Part shown: positions 35,990 through 43,663 of the stretch, piece after piece | Position numbering within the stretch: position 1 is the first letter of the stretch | Layout of the letters: each line of letters starts with the position of its first letter | Source: Christensenella sp. UBA7862 | GTDB taxonomy: Bacteria > Bacillota > Clostridia > Christensenellales > UBA1242 | DNA: 64,000 bases | NCBI GenBank assembly: GCA_002500135.1 | Contig: DLSM01000010.1 | Coordinates: 69,063-133,062, forward strand | Reading direction: 5' to 3' | The notes under the pieces: generated by a model | The model's database searches: none | The model's input: the letters and a program-made list of their open reading frames with translations, nothing else | Told to the model about the DNA's origin: nothing | Position numbers and translations under genes: made by a program

Positions 35990-37574
35990 ATGAGATTTTG
36001 GGATAAAGTGCGAGTTGGAATGTTGTGCGTAAATTATACACTCGTCATGGTTCTTTTGTCCATTATCATTTTCGGAGCAACTCAACAAAGAGCCACAGGA
36101 AATGTGTCTGTAAGGTATTCTAGACCCTCTTACACCGTCACTTTTGACCCAGCGGGGGGGGGGGGTATCTCCCAGCCAAAAGACCGTTAAATTAGGCGAT
36201 TTATACGGTGATTTGCCTGTTCCGACAAAAACGGGTTATTCTTTTGTCGGTTGGAAATACAGCAATGAACTTGTCACATCAACAACCAAAAACTTGACCC
36301 AAGGAGACCACACCTTAACCGCTTCATGGGGACATTCAGTTAAATTTGACTATAACAACGGGACATTATCAAACTCACTTTCTCCAACTTATGCTGGGGA
36401 AGTCGGCACAACAACATCACTTCCAAGCACACTTAACCCAACCTACTCGGGGCACACCTTTGCGGGCTGGCATTATGGAAAAAATTTAATTGAGCCAACA
36501 ACATTCACTGGCTCAAATTTTATCGCACTCGGCCGTGACTATATGTTCACAGACAAGTTCACTGTCGTAGTCAGGGCATATATGGATGATTGGACGAAAT
36601 TTGGTACAAAAAAAACCACCCTTATCAGTTGCACTGAAAGGGGTGGGTGGTCGTTGAGTAATGAGATTGACTATAATGCTGTCAACTATATTTCATTTGC
36701 TTTTATGAGTGAAAAGACAAATTCATATATACACACATATAGTTCTATAACTTTTTCCCAAATGTCCAGTGGTTATCACACATTTATTGGGACTTTTGAT
36801 GGCTCATATGCACGCTTGTATATTGATGGAATTTTGGTCGGGACAAGTGCAAATGCTTCAACTACAATAAAATATGATTCATCAAATGGAATATTTGTTG
36901 GAGCTGAAGCAGAAGCGAATACAGTTTCTCCTTATGGTTATTTTTTTACGGGAAAGGTTGATTATGTATCAATAGAAAATAGCACAATAGACGAAGCAAA
37001 AAATATAGGAGCTAACTTAATAACAGGAACCAATTTTGATGGGTCAAATTATATTTCACTTGGGAAAGCATATAAGTATAAAAGTAAGATAGCTATAACA
37101 ATAAGGGCTTCAATGAATGACTGGTCAAAATTCTCTTTAATGTCAATGATTTCTTGCACCAATGGCGGTGGCTGGGCTATTGAAGCAAAGCAAGATGTAA
37201 TTTTATTTGCTGCATATGATAGTAGTAGCAATGATTACAATCGTGCATTTTCTTCCATAAAGACATCTGAACTAAAAAGTGGATATCATACTTTCGTTGG
37301 CATATTTAATGGCGAAGATTTAAAATTATATATAGACGATGAACTTGTGGCAAATGGGACAAAGTTTGGCTCAAAAAACATTAAATATTATCCCGACAAT
37401 GGGATATTTGTTGGGGCTGAGGCGGGCAATAATACTTCATCTCCAGAAGTAGATTATTATCAGTATTTTAAGGGAACAATAAGCTACGTTTCTATTGATA
37501 ACACATTTGTGGCAAATAAAAATAGTTATATTTATCAAGACTTTGATGTTGTTGCAACAGCAATTTGGAACTGA
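35990..37574 (+). CDS. surface-protein family paralog 2, frameshifted at a G12 tract (phase-OFF as sequenced): signal anchor + Flg_new repeats + two tandem LamG/concanavalin-A-like domains
   Basis: ORF-track pieces 35954-36190 and 36144-37574 overlap at the G12 run. Removing one G joins them: ...YTVTFDPAGGG-VSPSQKTVKLGDLYGDLPVPTKTGYSFVGWKY... The span is 1585 nt, so minus 1 gives 528 codons. The C-terminus has two copies of a ...ISC(T)(E/N)(R/G)GGW...SGYHTF(I/V)G.F(D/N)G...LYID...GIFVGAEA... module. Confidence 0.8.
36154..36165 (+). repeat. poly-G tract G12 inside coding sequence (candidate slipped-strand phase-variation switch)
   Basis: Counted directly: agc + 12 G + tatctccc. G11 or G14 would be in frame; G12 terminates after 11 more codons (stop codon 36188-36190). 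Confidence 0.95.
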
Positions 37575-37608
37575 AAATGTATTTTAAAACAAATCTCTCA
37601 CAAATCCC

Positions 37609-37637
37609 TTGACAAGTGATAAAAAGTGTGGTAAAGT
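37609..37637 (+). promoter_or_regulatory. consensus extended -10 promoter of the rplU operon
   Basis: TTGACA (37609-37614), 17 nt, TGgTAAAGT (37629-37637). Confidence 0.6.
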
Positions 37638-37644
37638 GGCGGTA

Positions 37645-37721
37645 TCCGCATGGAAAAGGTTAAAAAGTGGGCTTCTGGCTTCACCTTAACAGCGAGTTTG
37701 GAGGATAAGGAGGAAAACAAA
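37645..37721 (+). ncRNA. probable ribosomal protein L21 leader (5' UTR regulatory element of rplU-prp-rpmA)
   Basis: About 80-nt leader between the promoter and the rplU ATG. The position matches the L21-leader element described in Firmicutes. The fold was not verified. Confidence 0.4.
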
Positions 37722-38033
37722 ATGTATGCTATCGTTCTTTCTGGCGGAAAGCAATATAAGGCAGAAGAAGGCAAGTTTATTGATGTTGAAAAACTTGACG
37801 GAAATGTTGGAGATAAAGTAAATCTCGATGTGCTTTGCGTGTCAGACGAAAAAGGTCTTGAAACAGGCAAACCTGTTTTGAGCAAGGTTAAGTGTGAAGC
37901 AGAAATCATTCTTCAAGGAAAACAAGACAAAATCATCGTTTTCAAATACAAAGCAAAGAAGAATGAAAGAAAGAAACAAGGTCACAGACAACCTTTCACC
38001 AGAGTTAAAATATTGTCGATAAAGAGAGTTTAA
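37722..38033 (+). CDS. rplU: 50S ribosomal protein L21
   Basis: MYAIVLSGGKQYKAEEG... ATG follows AAGGAGG. The ORF-track start at 37650 is an upstream extension. Confidence 0.95.
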   Translation: MYAIVLSGGKQYKAEEGKFIDVEKLDGNVGDKVNLDVLCVSDEKGLETGKPVLSKVKCEAEIILQGKQDKIIVFKYKAKKNERKKQGHRQPFTRVKILSIKRV

Positions 38034-38038
38034 TTTTT

Positions 38039-38368
38039 ATGACAAAAATTACGGTCACTAAAAATAATGATGAAATCGTGGAACTGGAATGTGACGGACA
38101 CACCGATTATGGCGTGAACGGCGAAGACATTGTGTGCAGTGCATTATCCAGCATTGTCCAAACAGCAGTTTTGGGGCTTATGATGGTCGCTGGCATAAAT
38201 GTTTCACTAAAAAGGGACGAAAATAGGGGATATCTTAAACTCGTTCTCCCACAAAACATTTCGCAAGAAGCAAGACACGATGCAAATATAATCTTAAACA
38301 CAATGATGTGTGGAATAAGTGACCTGAGGGAAGGTTTTTCAGATTTTATAGAACTGGAGGTTAAGTAA
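38039..38368 (+). CDS. prp: ribosomal-processing cysteine protease Prp (YsxB family)
   Basis: 109 aa between rplU and rpmA. GHTDYG...DIVCSALS (His/Cys dyad). Confidence 0.88.
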   Translation: MTKITVTKNNDEIVELECDGHTDYGVNGEDIVCSALSSIVQTAVLGLMMVAGINVSLKRDENRGYLKLVLPQNISQEARHDANIILNTMMCGISDLREGFSDFIELEVK

Positions 38369-38369
38369 G

Positions 38370-38663
38370 ATGTTTATTCAGTTGCAATTGTTCGCTCACA
38401 AAAAGGGCGGTGGTAGCACAAAGAACGGACGTGACAGTCAAGCCAAAAGACTTGGTGTCAAATGTGGTGACGGTCAACACGTTCTTGCTGGCAATATTAT
38501 TGTTCGCCAACGTGGCACAAAATTTTACCCAGGCGACAATGTAGGTCTTGGAAAGGACTACACATTGTTTGCACTTCGTGACGGAAAGGTGAAATTTATC
38601 ACAAAACACGGCGACAAAAAATATGTCACAGTGGTTGAAGAAACTGCAAAGAAAGCAAAATAA
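38370..38663 (+). CDS. rpmA: 50S ribosomal protein L27 (with cleavable N-terminal extension)
   Basis: [31 protein letters not shown]. The N-terminal propeptide before AHKK is the Prp substrate. Confidence 0.95.
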   Translation: MFIQLQLFAHKKGGGSTKNGRDSQAKRLGVKCGDGQHVLAGNIIVRQRGTKFYPGDNVGLGKDYTLFALRDGKVKFITKHGDKKYVTVVEETAKKAK

Positions 38664-38666
38664 ATG

Positions 38667-38696
38667 GAAAATTCCTCGAAATGGGGAATTTTTTTC
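38667..38696 (+). terminator. intrinsic terminator after rpmA
   Basis: AAAATTCC...GGAATTTT hairpin followed by a T-run. Confidence 0.55.
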
Positions 38697-38725
38697 TTGA
38701 CAAAATTTAACATATATCCTACACT
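38697..38725 (+). promoter_or_regulatory. promoter candidate of paralog 3
   Basis: TTGACA (38697-38702), 17 nt, TACACT (38720-38725). It abuts the rpmA terminator. Confidence 0.45.
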
Positions 38726-38760
38726 TTTTGAGAATAATAGAACTATGGAGGAATTTTAAA

Positions 38761-39643
38761 ATGACTAAAAGGGAAAGATTTGTGTTGTGGCTTAATAGGT
38801 TTTATCACAAGCAAAATAAAATAACAATCTGTGTCCTATACACCCTTATTATGGCTATCCTTGGCGTCATTATTTATGGGGCAACTCATCAAAGTTCCTC
38901 AAGCAATGTTTCTGTCAAATATACAGTCCCATACTACACAATTACTTTTGACCCAAACGGCGGAACCTTCGAAAATGCAGGGGGGGGGGGTATCCTCTAA
39001 GCAAGTAAAACTTGGTGATACTTACGGCGATTTGCCACTGCCCAGCAGACCGGGTTATAGCTTCAACGGTTGGTATGAAGAAGCCCTTGTAACATCAGAA
39101 TCAGTCCTTTCCACCCCATGCGACAAAACCCTAGTCGCCGAATGGAATGATGGGATTCCCGTTGATATGAGAAATTGGAGTTACTCTTCTATAACCTTTG
39201 GGTGTTTATCAAATTATACAATGTCCCAAAATAAGAATGTTTTTGACTTTACTGGCACAAACTATTGGGAGATTTTCTACATCGGAATAAGTTTGGAAGC
39301 CAACAAAACCTATTCAATTACATTCGACTATGTTACTCCAGCCTTTGGCACCCCAACCGATATAGAACATGGTGGGAATGGAGCAATGTTTGCAGGTGTC
39401 GCATCAGAAATAGATGCTGGTTGGTTTTGGAATGAGGGGCGTGAGAATCTGCAATTGGATAAACACATAGCGATTTATCCAATACAACCCAGCACGAGTA
39501 AAAAAGCGATTATGTCCTTTACTGCACCAGAAACAAAAACATATTATTTTTTCTTAAATTTTGGATATGTAGTGGATTATACAATTTATCACTTTGAATT
39601 CAGTAACTTCACCCTATACACTCACCAATGCTCTTTTGGTTGA
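38761..39643 (+). CDS. surface-protein family paralog 3, frameshifted at a G11 tract (phase-OFF as sequenced): signal anchor + Flg_new repeat + unknown about 190-aa C-terminal domain
   Basis: ATG at 38761 after GGAGG. ORF-track pieces 38728-39000 and 38831-39643 meet at the G11 run. Removing one G gives ...[49 protein letters not shown]... The span is 883 nt, so minus 1 gives 294 codons. Confidence 0.8.
38980..38990 (+). repeat. poly-G tract G11 inside coding sequence (candidate slipped-strand phase-variation switch)
   Basis: Counted directly: aatgca + 11 G + tatcctctaa. G10 or G13 would be in frame; G11 stops 3 codons later (38998-39000). Confidence 0.95.
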
Positions 39644-39672
39644 TAGTATAAACGATGGGGAAGAAAAATATA

Positions 39673-39713
39673 AATAATATAATAGGTTTTGGCTTGTTAT
39701 ATTATTTTTTTTT
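39673..39713 (+). terminator. weak A/T-only hairpin terminator after paralog 3
   Basis: AATAATATAA (39673-39682) pairs with TTATATTATT (39697-39706), followed by a T-run. Confidence 0.4.
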
Positions 39714-39725
39714 GCTGGGGGGATA

Positions 39726-39989
39726 ATGGTTTCGTTTTTAGAGGAGATTGCAAAGGTTTCGGGGGTTGACCCAAGTGTTGTGGTGGGGAGCAGCAGGGTA
39801 TTGTATCTTGGTGGCAAGGTTGTTATGATTGAAGGCAAGACCAAGTTAATTGAGATGTCAAATGAACTTGTAAAAGTAAAACTTAAGCGGGGCATGGCGG
39901 TTGTTAGTGGCAAAAACTTGAAACTTAAAAACCTTAATCTTGAAAGCGTTATGGTAGTTGGGGATATTGCAGAATTTCAGATTTGTTAA
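39726..39989 (+). CDS. yqfC: sporulation protein YqfC (YabP family)
   Basis: 87 aa. The pattern ...VVMIEGKTKLIEMSNELVKVKL...VSGKNLKLKNLNLESVMVVGDI resembles YabP/YqfC. It lies upstream of yqfD as in Bacillus. Confidence 0.7.
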   Translation: MVSFLEEIAKVSGVDPSVVVGSSRVLYLGGKVVMIEGKTKLIEMSNELVKVKLKRGMAVVSGKNLKLKNLNLESVMVVGDIAEFQIC

Positions 39990-40135
39990 AATAAATGTGT
40001 AGTCAAGTAGAAATTACAATAGAGTAGTAATTCAGACTGGACTACCCCCTCGTCTTGCTAACGCAATCCACTCCCCCTTACAATGGGGAGCCTTCAAAAA
40101 AAAATAACATATTAGTTTATAAAAGTGGGGGATAT

Positions 40136-41053
40136 ATGACGACTTATGAAGTTGTGGGATTAAACTTCCCAAAGTTTTTAAGCGAGATTGAAAGGAGAAA
40201 TATATCCTTAAACAGCCTTGTCAAACTTTCGCATGACAAATTTTGTGTGGAAGTTGCTTTGGCACAGAAAAAGAAGTTTTTGAACCTTTGCTCGCTTCTT
40301 AACATGGAAGTGGTGGAAAAGAAAATTCCCGTTTATGAGCGTGTTTTCCGTGGGATAAAATGCCATGTGCCACTAACTATTTTTGTTGCTGTTTGCGTGG
40401 CTGTTCTTTTGTTTTCGCAAATGTTTGTGTTCAGAATTGAAGTCTTTGGCGAAACAACTGTAGGCGAAGATGAGATTGTTTCCGTCTTAAAACAAAACGG
40501 CTTTGACACATGGAAAATGCGGGGAAGTTATGACACGCAAGAAGTGGAGCGGGTGCTTGTATCAAACATTCCAAAGATAAGTTTTGCTTCATGCGTTGTG
40601 CGTGGCGGGACATTGGTTGTAAATGTCTATGAAAAAATTGAGGCGGAAAAATCTTTAAGTGCGGGCAAGCCCGTTGTTGCACCTTGCGACTTGATAATTG
40701 AAGAAATTTCTTGCACCAGCGGAACAGTGGTCAAACATCAAGGTCAAACAGCAAAGGCGGGTGAAAGCATTGTTGAAAATTTTGTTATGCTAGGGCAAAC
40801 GAAAATTGACATTCCCGCACATGCAACATTTACTGCAAAAGTGGAGCAGAGTATAAGTCAATTTTTGACACAAAAGCCACAAGATGATATGGATATAAAA
40901 AAAGTGGTTGAAGAAAACAAAAGAATGTTGTATAATATGTTATCAGAAGCAAAACTTCTGGATAATATTGAAGAAGAAACTGAACTTTTGGAAACGGAAA
41001 ACGGGTGCTTGGTGATAAGCCGTTTTAGAACTAAAATTGAAATTTCTTCATAA
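40136..41053 (+). CDS. yqfD: sporulation protein YqfD
   Basis: ATG at 40136 after GTGGGGGA. One central TM (LTIFVAVCVAVLLF). Position yqfC-yqfD-ybeY-era-recO matches the Bacillus yqf cluster. Confidence 0.65.
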   Translation: MTTYEVVGLNFPKFLSEIERRNISLNSLVKLSHDKFCVEVALAQKKKFLNLCSLLNMEVVEKKIPVYERVFRGIKCHVPLTIFVAVCVAVLLFSQMFVFRIEVFGETTVGEDEIVSVLKQNGFDTWKMRGSYDTQEVERVLVSNIPKISFASCVVRGGTLVVNVYEKIEAEKSLSAGKPVVAPCDLIIEEISCTSGTVVKHQGQTAKAGESIVENFVMLGQTKIDIPAHATFTAKVEQSISQFLTQKPQDDMDIKKVVEENKRMLYNMLSEAKLLDNIEEETELLETENGCLVISRFRTKIEISS

Positions 41054-41066
41054 CAAAGGAAACATT

Positions 41067-41567
41067 ATGAAAGTTGAAATAAACGATTATGCATTGTCAA
41101 AGAATTTTACAAAACTTATTGGAAAATTGCTTAAAACTGCAAACAAATATTCAAAATTCAATCAACGAAAAGTGCAAGTGGCCATTAGTTTTGTGGACAA
41201 GGACGAAATCCAAAAATTAAACAAGGAAACTCGTGGCATAGACAAGCCAACGGACGTTTTGTCATTTCCAACCTTAAACCTTGTTCCACTTCAAAAAATC
41301 AATATGAAAGACCCAGAGATTAGGTGCGACATTGACCCAGAAACCAAACACCTTATGCTTGGTGACATTGTTATTTGCGAAGACGTTGCAAGGAAAAATG
41401 CTGAGGAATATGGACACAGTTTTGAAAGGGAAATTTGCTATCTTGTTGTGCATGGCTTCTTGCACCTTTTGGGTTATGACCATATGGAAGAAGACGACAA
41501 AATTGTTATGAGAGCTTTAGAGGAAGCAGTGCTTAAAAAATATAACATAACGAGAGATGAAAAGTGA
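41067..41567 (+). CDS. ybeY: rRNA maturation endoribonuclease YbeY
   Basis: HGFLHLLGYDH zinc-binding motif. Confidence 0.92.
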   Translation: MKVEINDYALSKNFTKLIGKLLKTANKYSKFNQRKVQVAISFVDKDEIQKLNKETRGIDKPTDVLSFPTLNLVPLQKINMKDPEIRCDIDPETKHLMLGDIVICEDVARKNAEEYGHSFEREICYLVVHGFLHLLGYDHMEEDDKIVMRALEEAVLKKYNITRDEK

Positions 41568-42466
41568 AAATTAAGTGTGGATTTGTAGCCGTTGTTGGCA
41601 AGCCCAATGCGGGCAAAAGCAGCCTTGTAAACGCAATTATCAAGGAAAAGGTTTCAATCGTTTCGCCAAAGCCACAAACAACAAGAAATAACATTTTGGG
41701 GATATACAACAGTGATCACAGTCAAATTGTTTTTGTGGACACCCCTGGCATAAACAAAACTTCAACTGGTCTTGACAAATTTATGCAAAAGAGCATAAAA
41801 GGGGCAGTGAGTGACGTTAATGCGGTTATTATTGTTTGCGACATAACAAAAGGCGTAGATAGAGTGGAAACTGACCTTGTAGAAAAATATAACAAGGAAA
41901 ATATCCCTGTCGTGCTTGTTTTGTCCAAAATTGACCTTGTGAGCGATGAAGTGGTGTTTAAAACATTGCAACAATTATCTCCATTCGCAACAAAGTGCGA
42001 GATTGTTCCACTTTCAAGCATAAAGGACAGAAATGTTGAAACAGTGGTTGACGTGGTGGAGAAATTTCTTCCAGAAGTTGACGAAAGAAACAAATATTTT
42101 GACGATGACGAATATACAGACAAGCCACTAAACTTTTTGGTGGCGGAAATTGTTAGGGAAAAAGCACTTTACTATCTCGATAGGGAAATTCCACATGGCA
42201 TAGCCGTTGTAACTCAAAGATTTGAAGAAGACGAAAACTTGATAGATATTGACGTTGATATTGTTTGCGACAAAAATTCGCATAAAGCAATTATCCTTGG
42301 CAAACAAGGAACTATGCTCAAAAAAATTGGGCATGACGCTCGTGTTACTATTCAAAAAATTGTCCAAAAAAAGGTTATGCTAAATATTTTTGTTAAAGTT
42401 AAACCAAATTGGAAAAATAATTTGGAGTTTTTGGATAGTTTGGGTTATAATATAAACGAGTTGTAG
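41564..42466 (+). CDS. era: GTPase Era
   Basis: GKPNAGKSSL (G1), DTPG (G3), SKID (G4), C-terminal KH domain. GTG start overlaps the ybeY stop. Confidence 0.93.
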   Translation: MKIKCGFVAVVGKPNAGKSSLVNAIIKEKVSIVSPKPQTTRNNILGIYNSDHSQIVFVDTPGINKTSTGLDKFMQKSIKGAVSDVNAVIIVCDITKGVDRVETDLVEKYNKENIPVVLVLSKIDLVSDEVVFKTLQQLSPFATKCEIVPLSSIKDRNVETVVDVVEKFLPEVDERNKYFDDDEYTDKPLNFLVAEIVREKALYYLDREIPHGIAVVTQRFEEDENLIDIDVDIVCDKNSHKAIILGKQGTMLKKIGHDARVTIQKIVQKKVMLNIFVKVKPNWKNNLEFLDSLGYNINEL

Positions 42467-42531
42467 GAATAAATTTTGTTTTTTGAAACATTCTAGTGCT
42501 GATGATGCAACTTGCACGCAAGGGGGACACA

Positions 42532-42789
42532 ATGAACATTGAAGAAGCGTTTGCAAAAGTAAAACTGAATAATAGTAAAAGCAAAGCCTGTGTTGAAACA
42601 TTAAATTTCTTAATGGGCAAATATGGCTGGGGTGTAACTGTGCTTGCATATCTTACGGGCGAAGACCCAACAACTCATGAGCATTATTGCACAGACGAAG
42701 TTTTTGACGCCTATGTTGAAGCACTGGAAAATCAAAAATTTGAAACAAATAACAACTTGGAGCAAGAAGAACCTACACTTGAAAGATAA
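42532..42789 (+). CDS. small acidic hypothetical protein (85 aa)
   Basis: ATG at 42532, 6 nt after AAGGGGGA. No family recognised. Confidence 0.45.
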   Translation: MNIEEAFAKVKLNNSKSKACVETLNFLMGKYGWGVTVLAYLTGEDPTTHEHYCTDEVFDAYVEALENQKFETNNNLEQEEPTLER

Positions 42790-42808
42790 TTAAAAAAAGA
42801 GATTAACA

Positions 42809-43528
42809 ATGGATAAAGCAGTTTCGGGGCTTGTTTTAAAAGCCATTGATTACAAAGAGAACGATAAACTACTCACAATTTTAACTTTGGATATGGGCAA
42901 AATTTTAGTAACCGCTCGTGGCGTCAAAAAACCTACAAGCAAACTAAAATCCTATAGCCAAAGTTTTTGTTTTGGTGAATTTGAATTGCAACAGGGCAAG
43001 GCGGGTTGGGTGCTTGTTGGAGTGAACCCAGTTGACACATTTTTTGAACTTTTGTCAGACTTTGAAAAATATAAGGAAGCATGCACCGTTATTGAAATTT
43101 GTGACAAGATATGTGTTGAAAATCAGTCCTATCCAAAACTTCTTTTGGAAGCCTTGAAAACTATAAAACAAATAAATTACTCGCAAACTTCCCCAAAATT
43201 GCTCCTTAGCAAGTTTATTATGAATGTTTTAAATTACGAAGGCTTTGGAATGAGTGCAACCCATTGCGCAAACTGCAGAAGCCCATTTATGAAAGAAGTG
43301 TATTTTGACACCACAACAGGCGAACTTCTTTGCCATGCGTGCAAAAATGAAAATTGTGAACAACTTGACGGTGGGGTGTTTTCCGCACTTAAAATTTTGT
43401 CCACCACCGAAGAAAGCAAACTTTCCACCGTCCGCCTGCCAAATGCAGTTGTCGAACGCACCTTCACCTTCCTAAGCCGCAACCTTTGTAACAAGTTTGA
43501 AATCCACTTAAGTTCAGCGAAGTTGTAA
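42809..43528 (+). CDS. recO: DNA repair protein RecO
   Basis: N-terminal OB fold (GLVLKAIDYKENDKLLTILT) and a C-terminal Cys4 zinc motif (CANC...CHAC). Follows era as in most Firmicutes. Confidence 0.88.
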   Translation: MDKAVSGLVLKAIDYKENDKLLTILTLDMGKILVTARGVKKPTSKLKSYSQSFCFGEFELQQGKAGWVLVGVNPVDTFFELLSDFEKYKEACTVIEICDKICVENQSYPKLLLEALKTIKQINYSQTSPKLLLSKFIMNVLNYEGFGMSATHCANCRSPFMKEVYFDTTTGELLCHACKNENCEQLDGGVFSALKILSTTEESKLSTVRLPNAVVERTFTFLSRNLCNKFEIHLSSAKL

Positions 43529-43602
43529 AGTTGTTTAACTCACAAATCATAATTAAAGCATTTAACATAAGATTAAAAAAATTACAACATTGTGAAATCT
43601 AT

Positions 43603-43631
43603 TTGACGGCAAAACTGATAACCTGTATAAT
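43603..43631 (+). promoter_or_regulatory. near-consensus sigma-A promoter of the PRTase-like/NADAR operon
   Basis: TTGACG (43603-43608), 17 nt, TATAAT (43626-43631). Confidence 0.55.
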
Positions 43632-43663
43632 ATAACTGATATGATTATAGGAGATATGTATAA

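Noticed and set aside
36144-36190. Apparent overlapping genes (35954-36190 and 36144-37574), and likewise 38831-39000
   Set aside because: These are not genuine overlapping genes. The overlap is an artefact of a +1 frame change at the poly-G tracts. The upstream parts of the second ORFs (MTQRGGG...; MSYTPLLWLSLASLFMGQLIKVPQAMFL...) are out-of-frame readings of the first ORF.
39990-40135. 145-nt yqfC-yqfD spacer with a CTCCCC-N8-GGGGAG hairpin, considered as a possible sRNA or terminator
   Set aside because: The hairpin is followed by an A-run, not a T-run, on the plus strand. I could not recognise a conserved fold or a tRNA-like structure, so the evidence is insufficient to call a feature.
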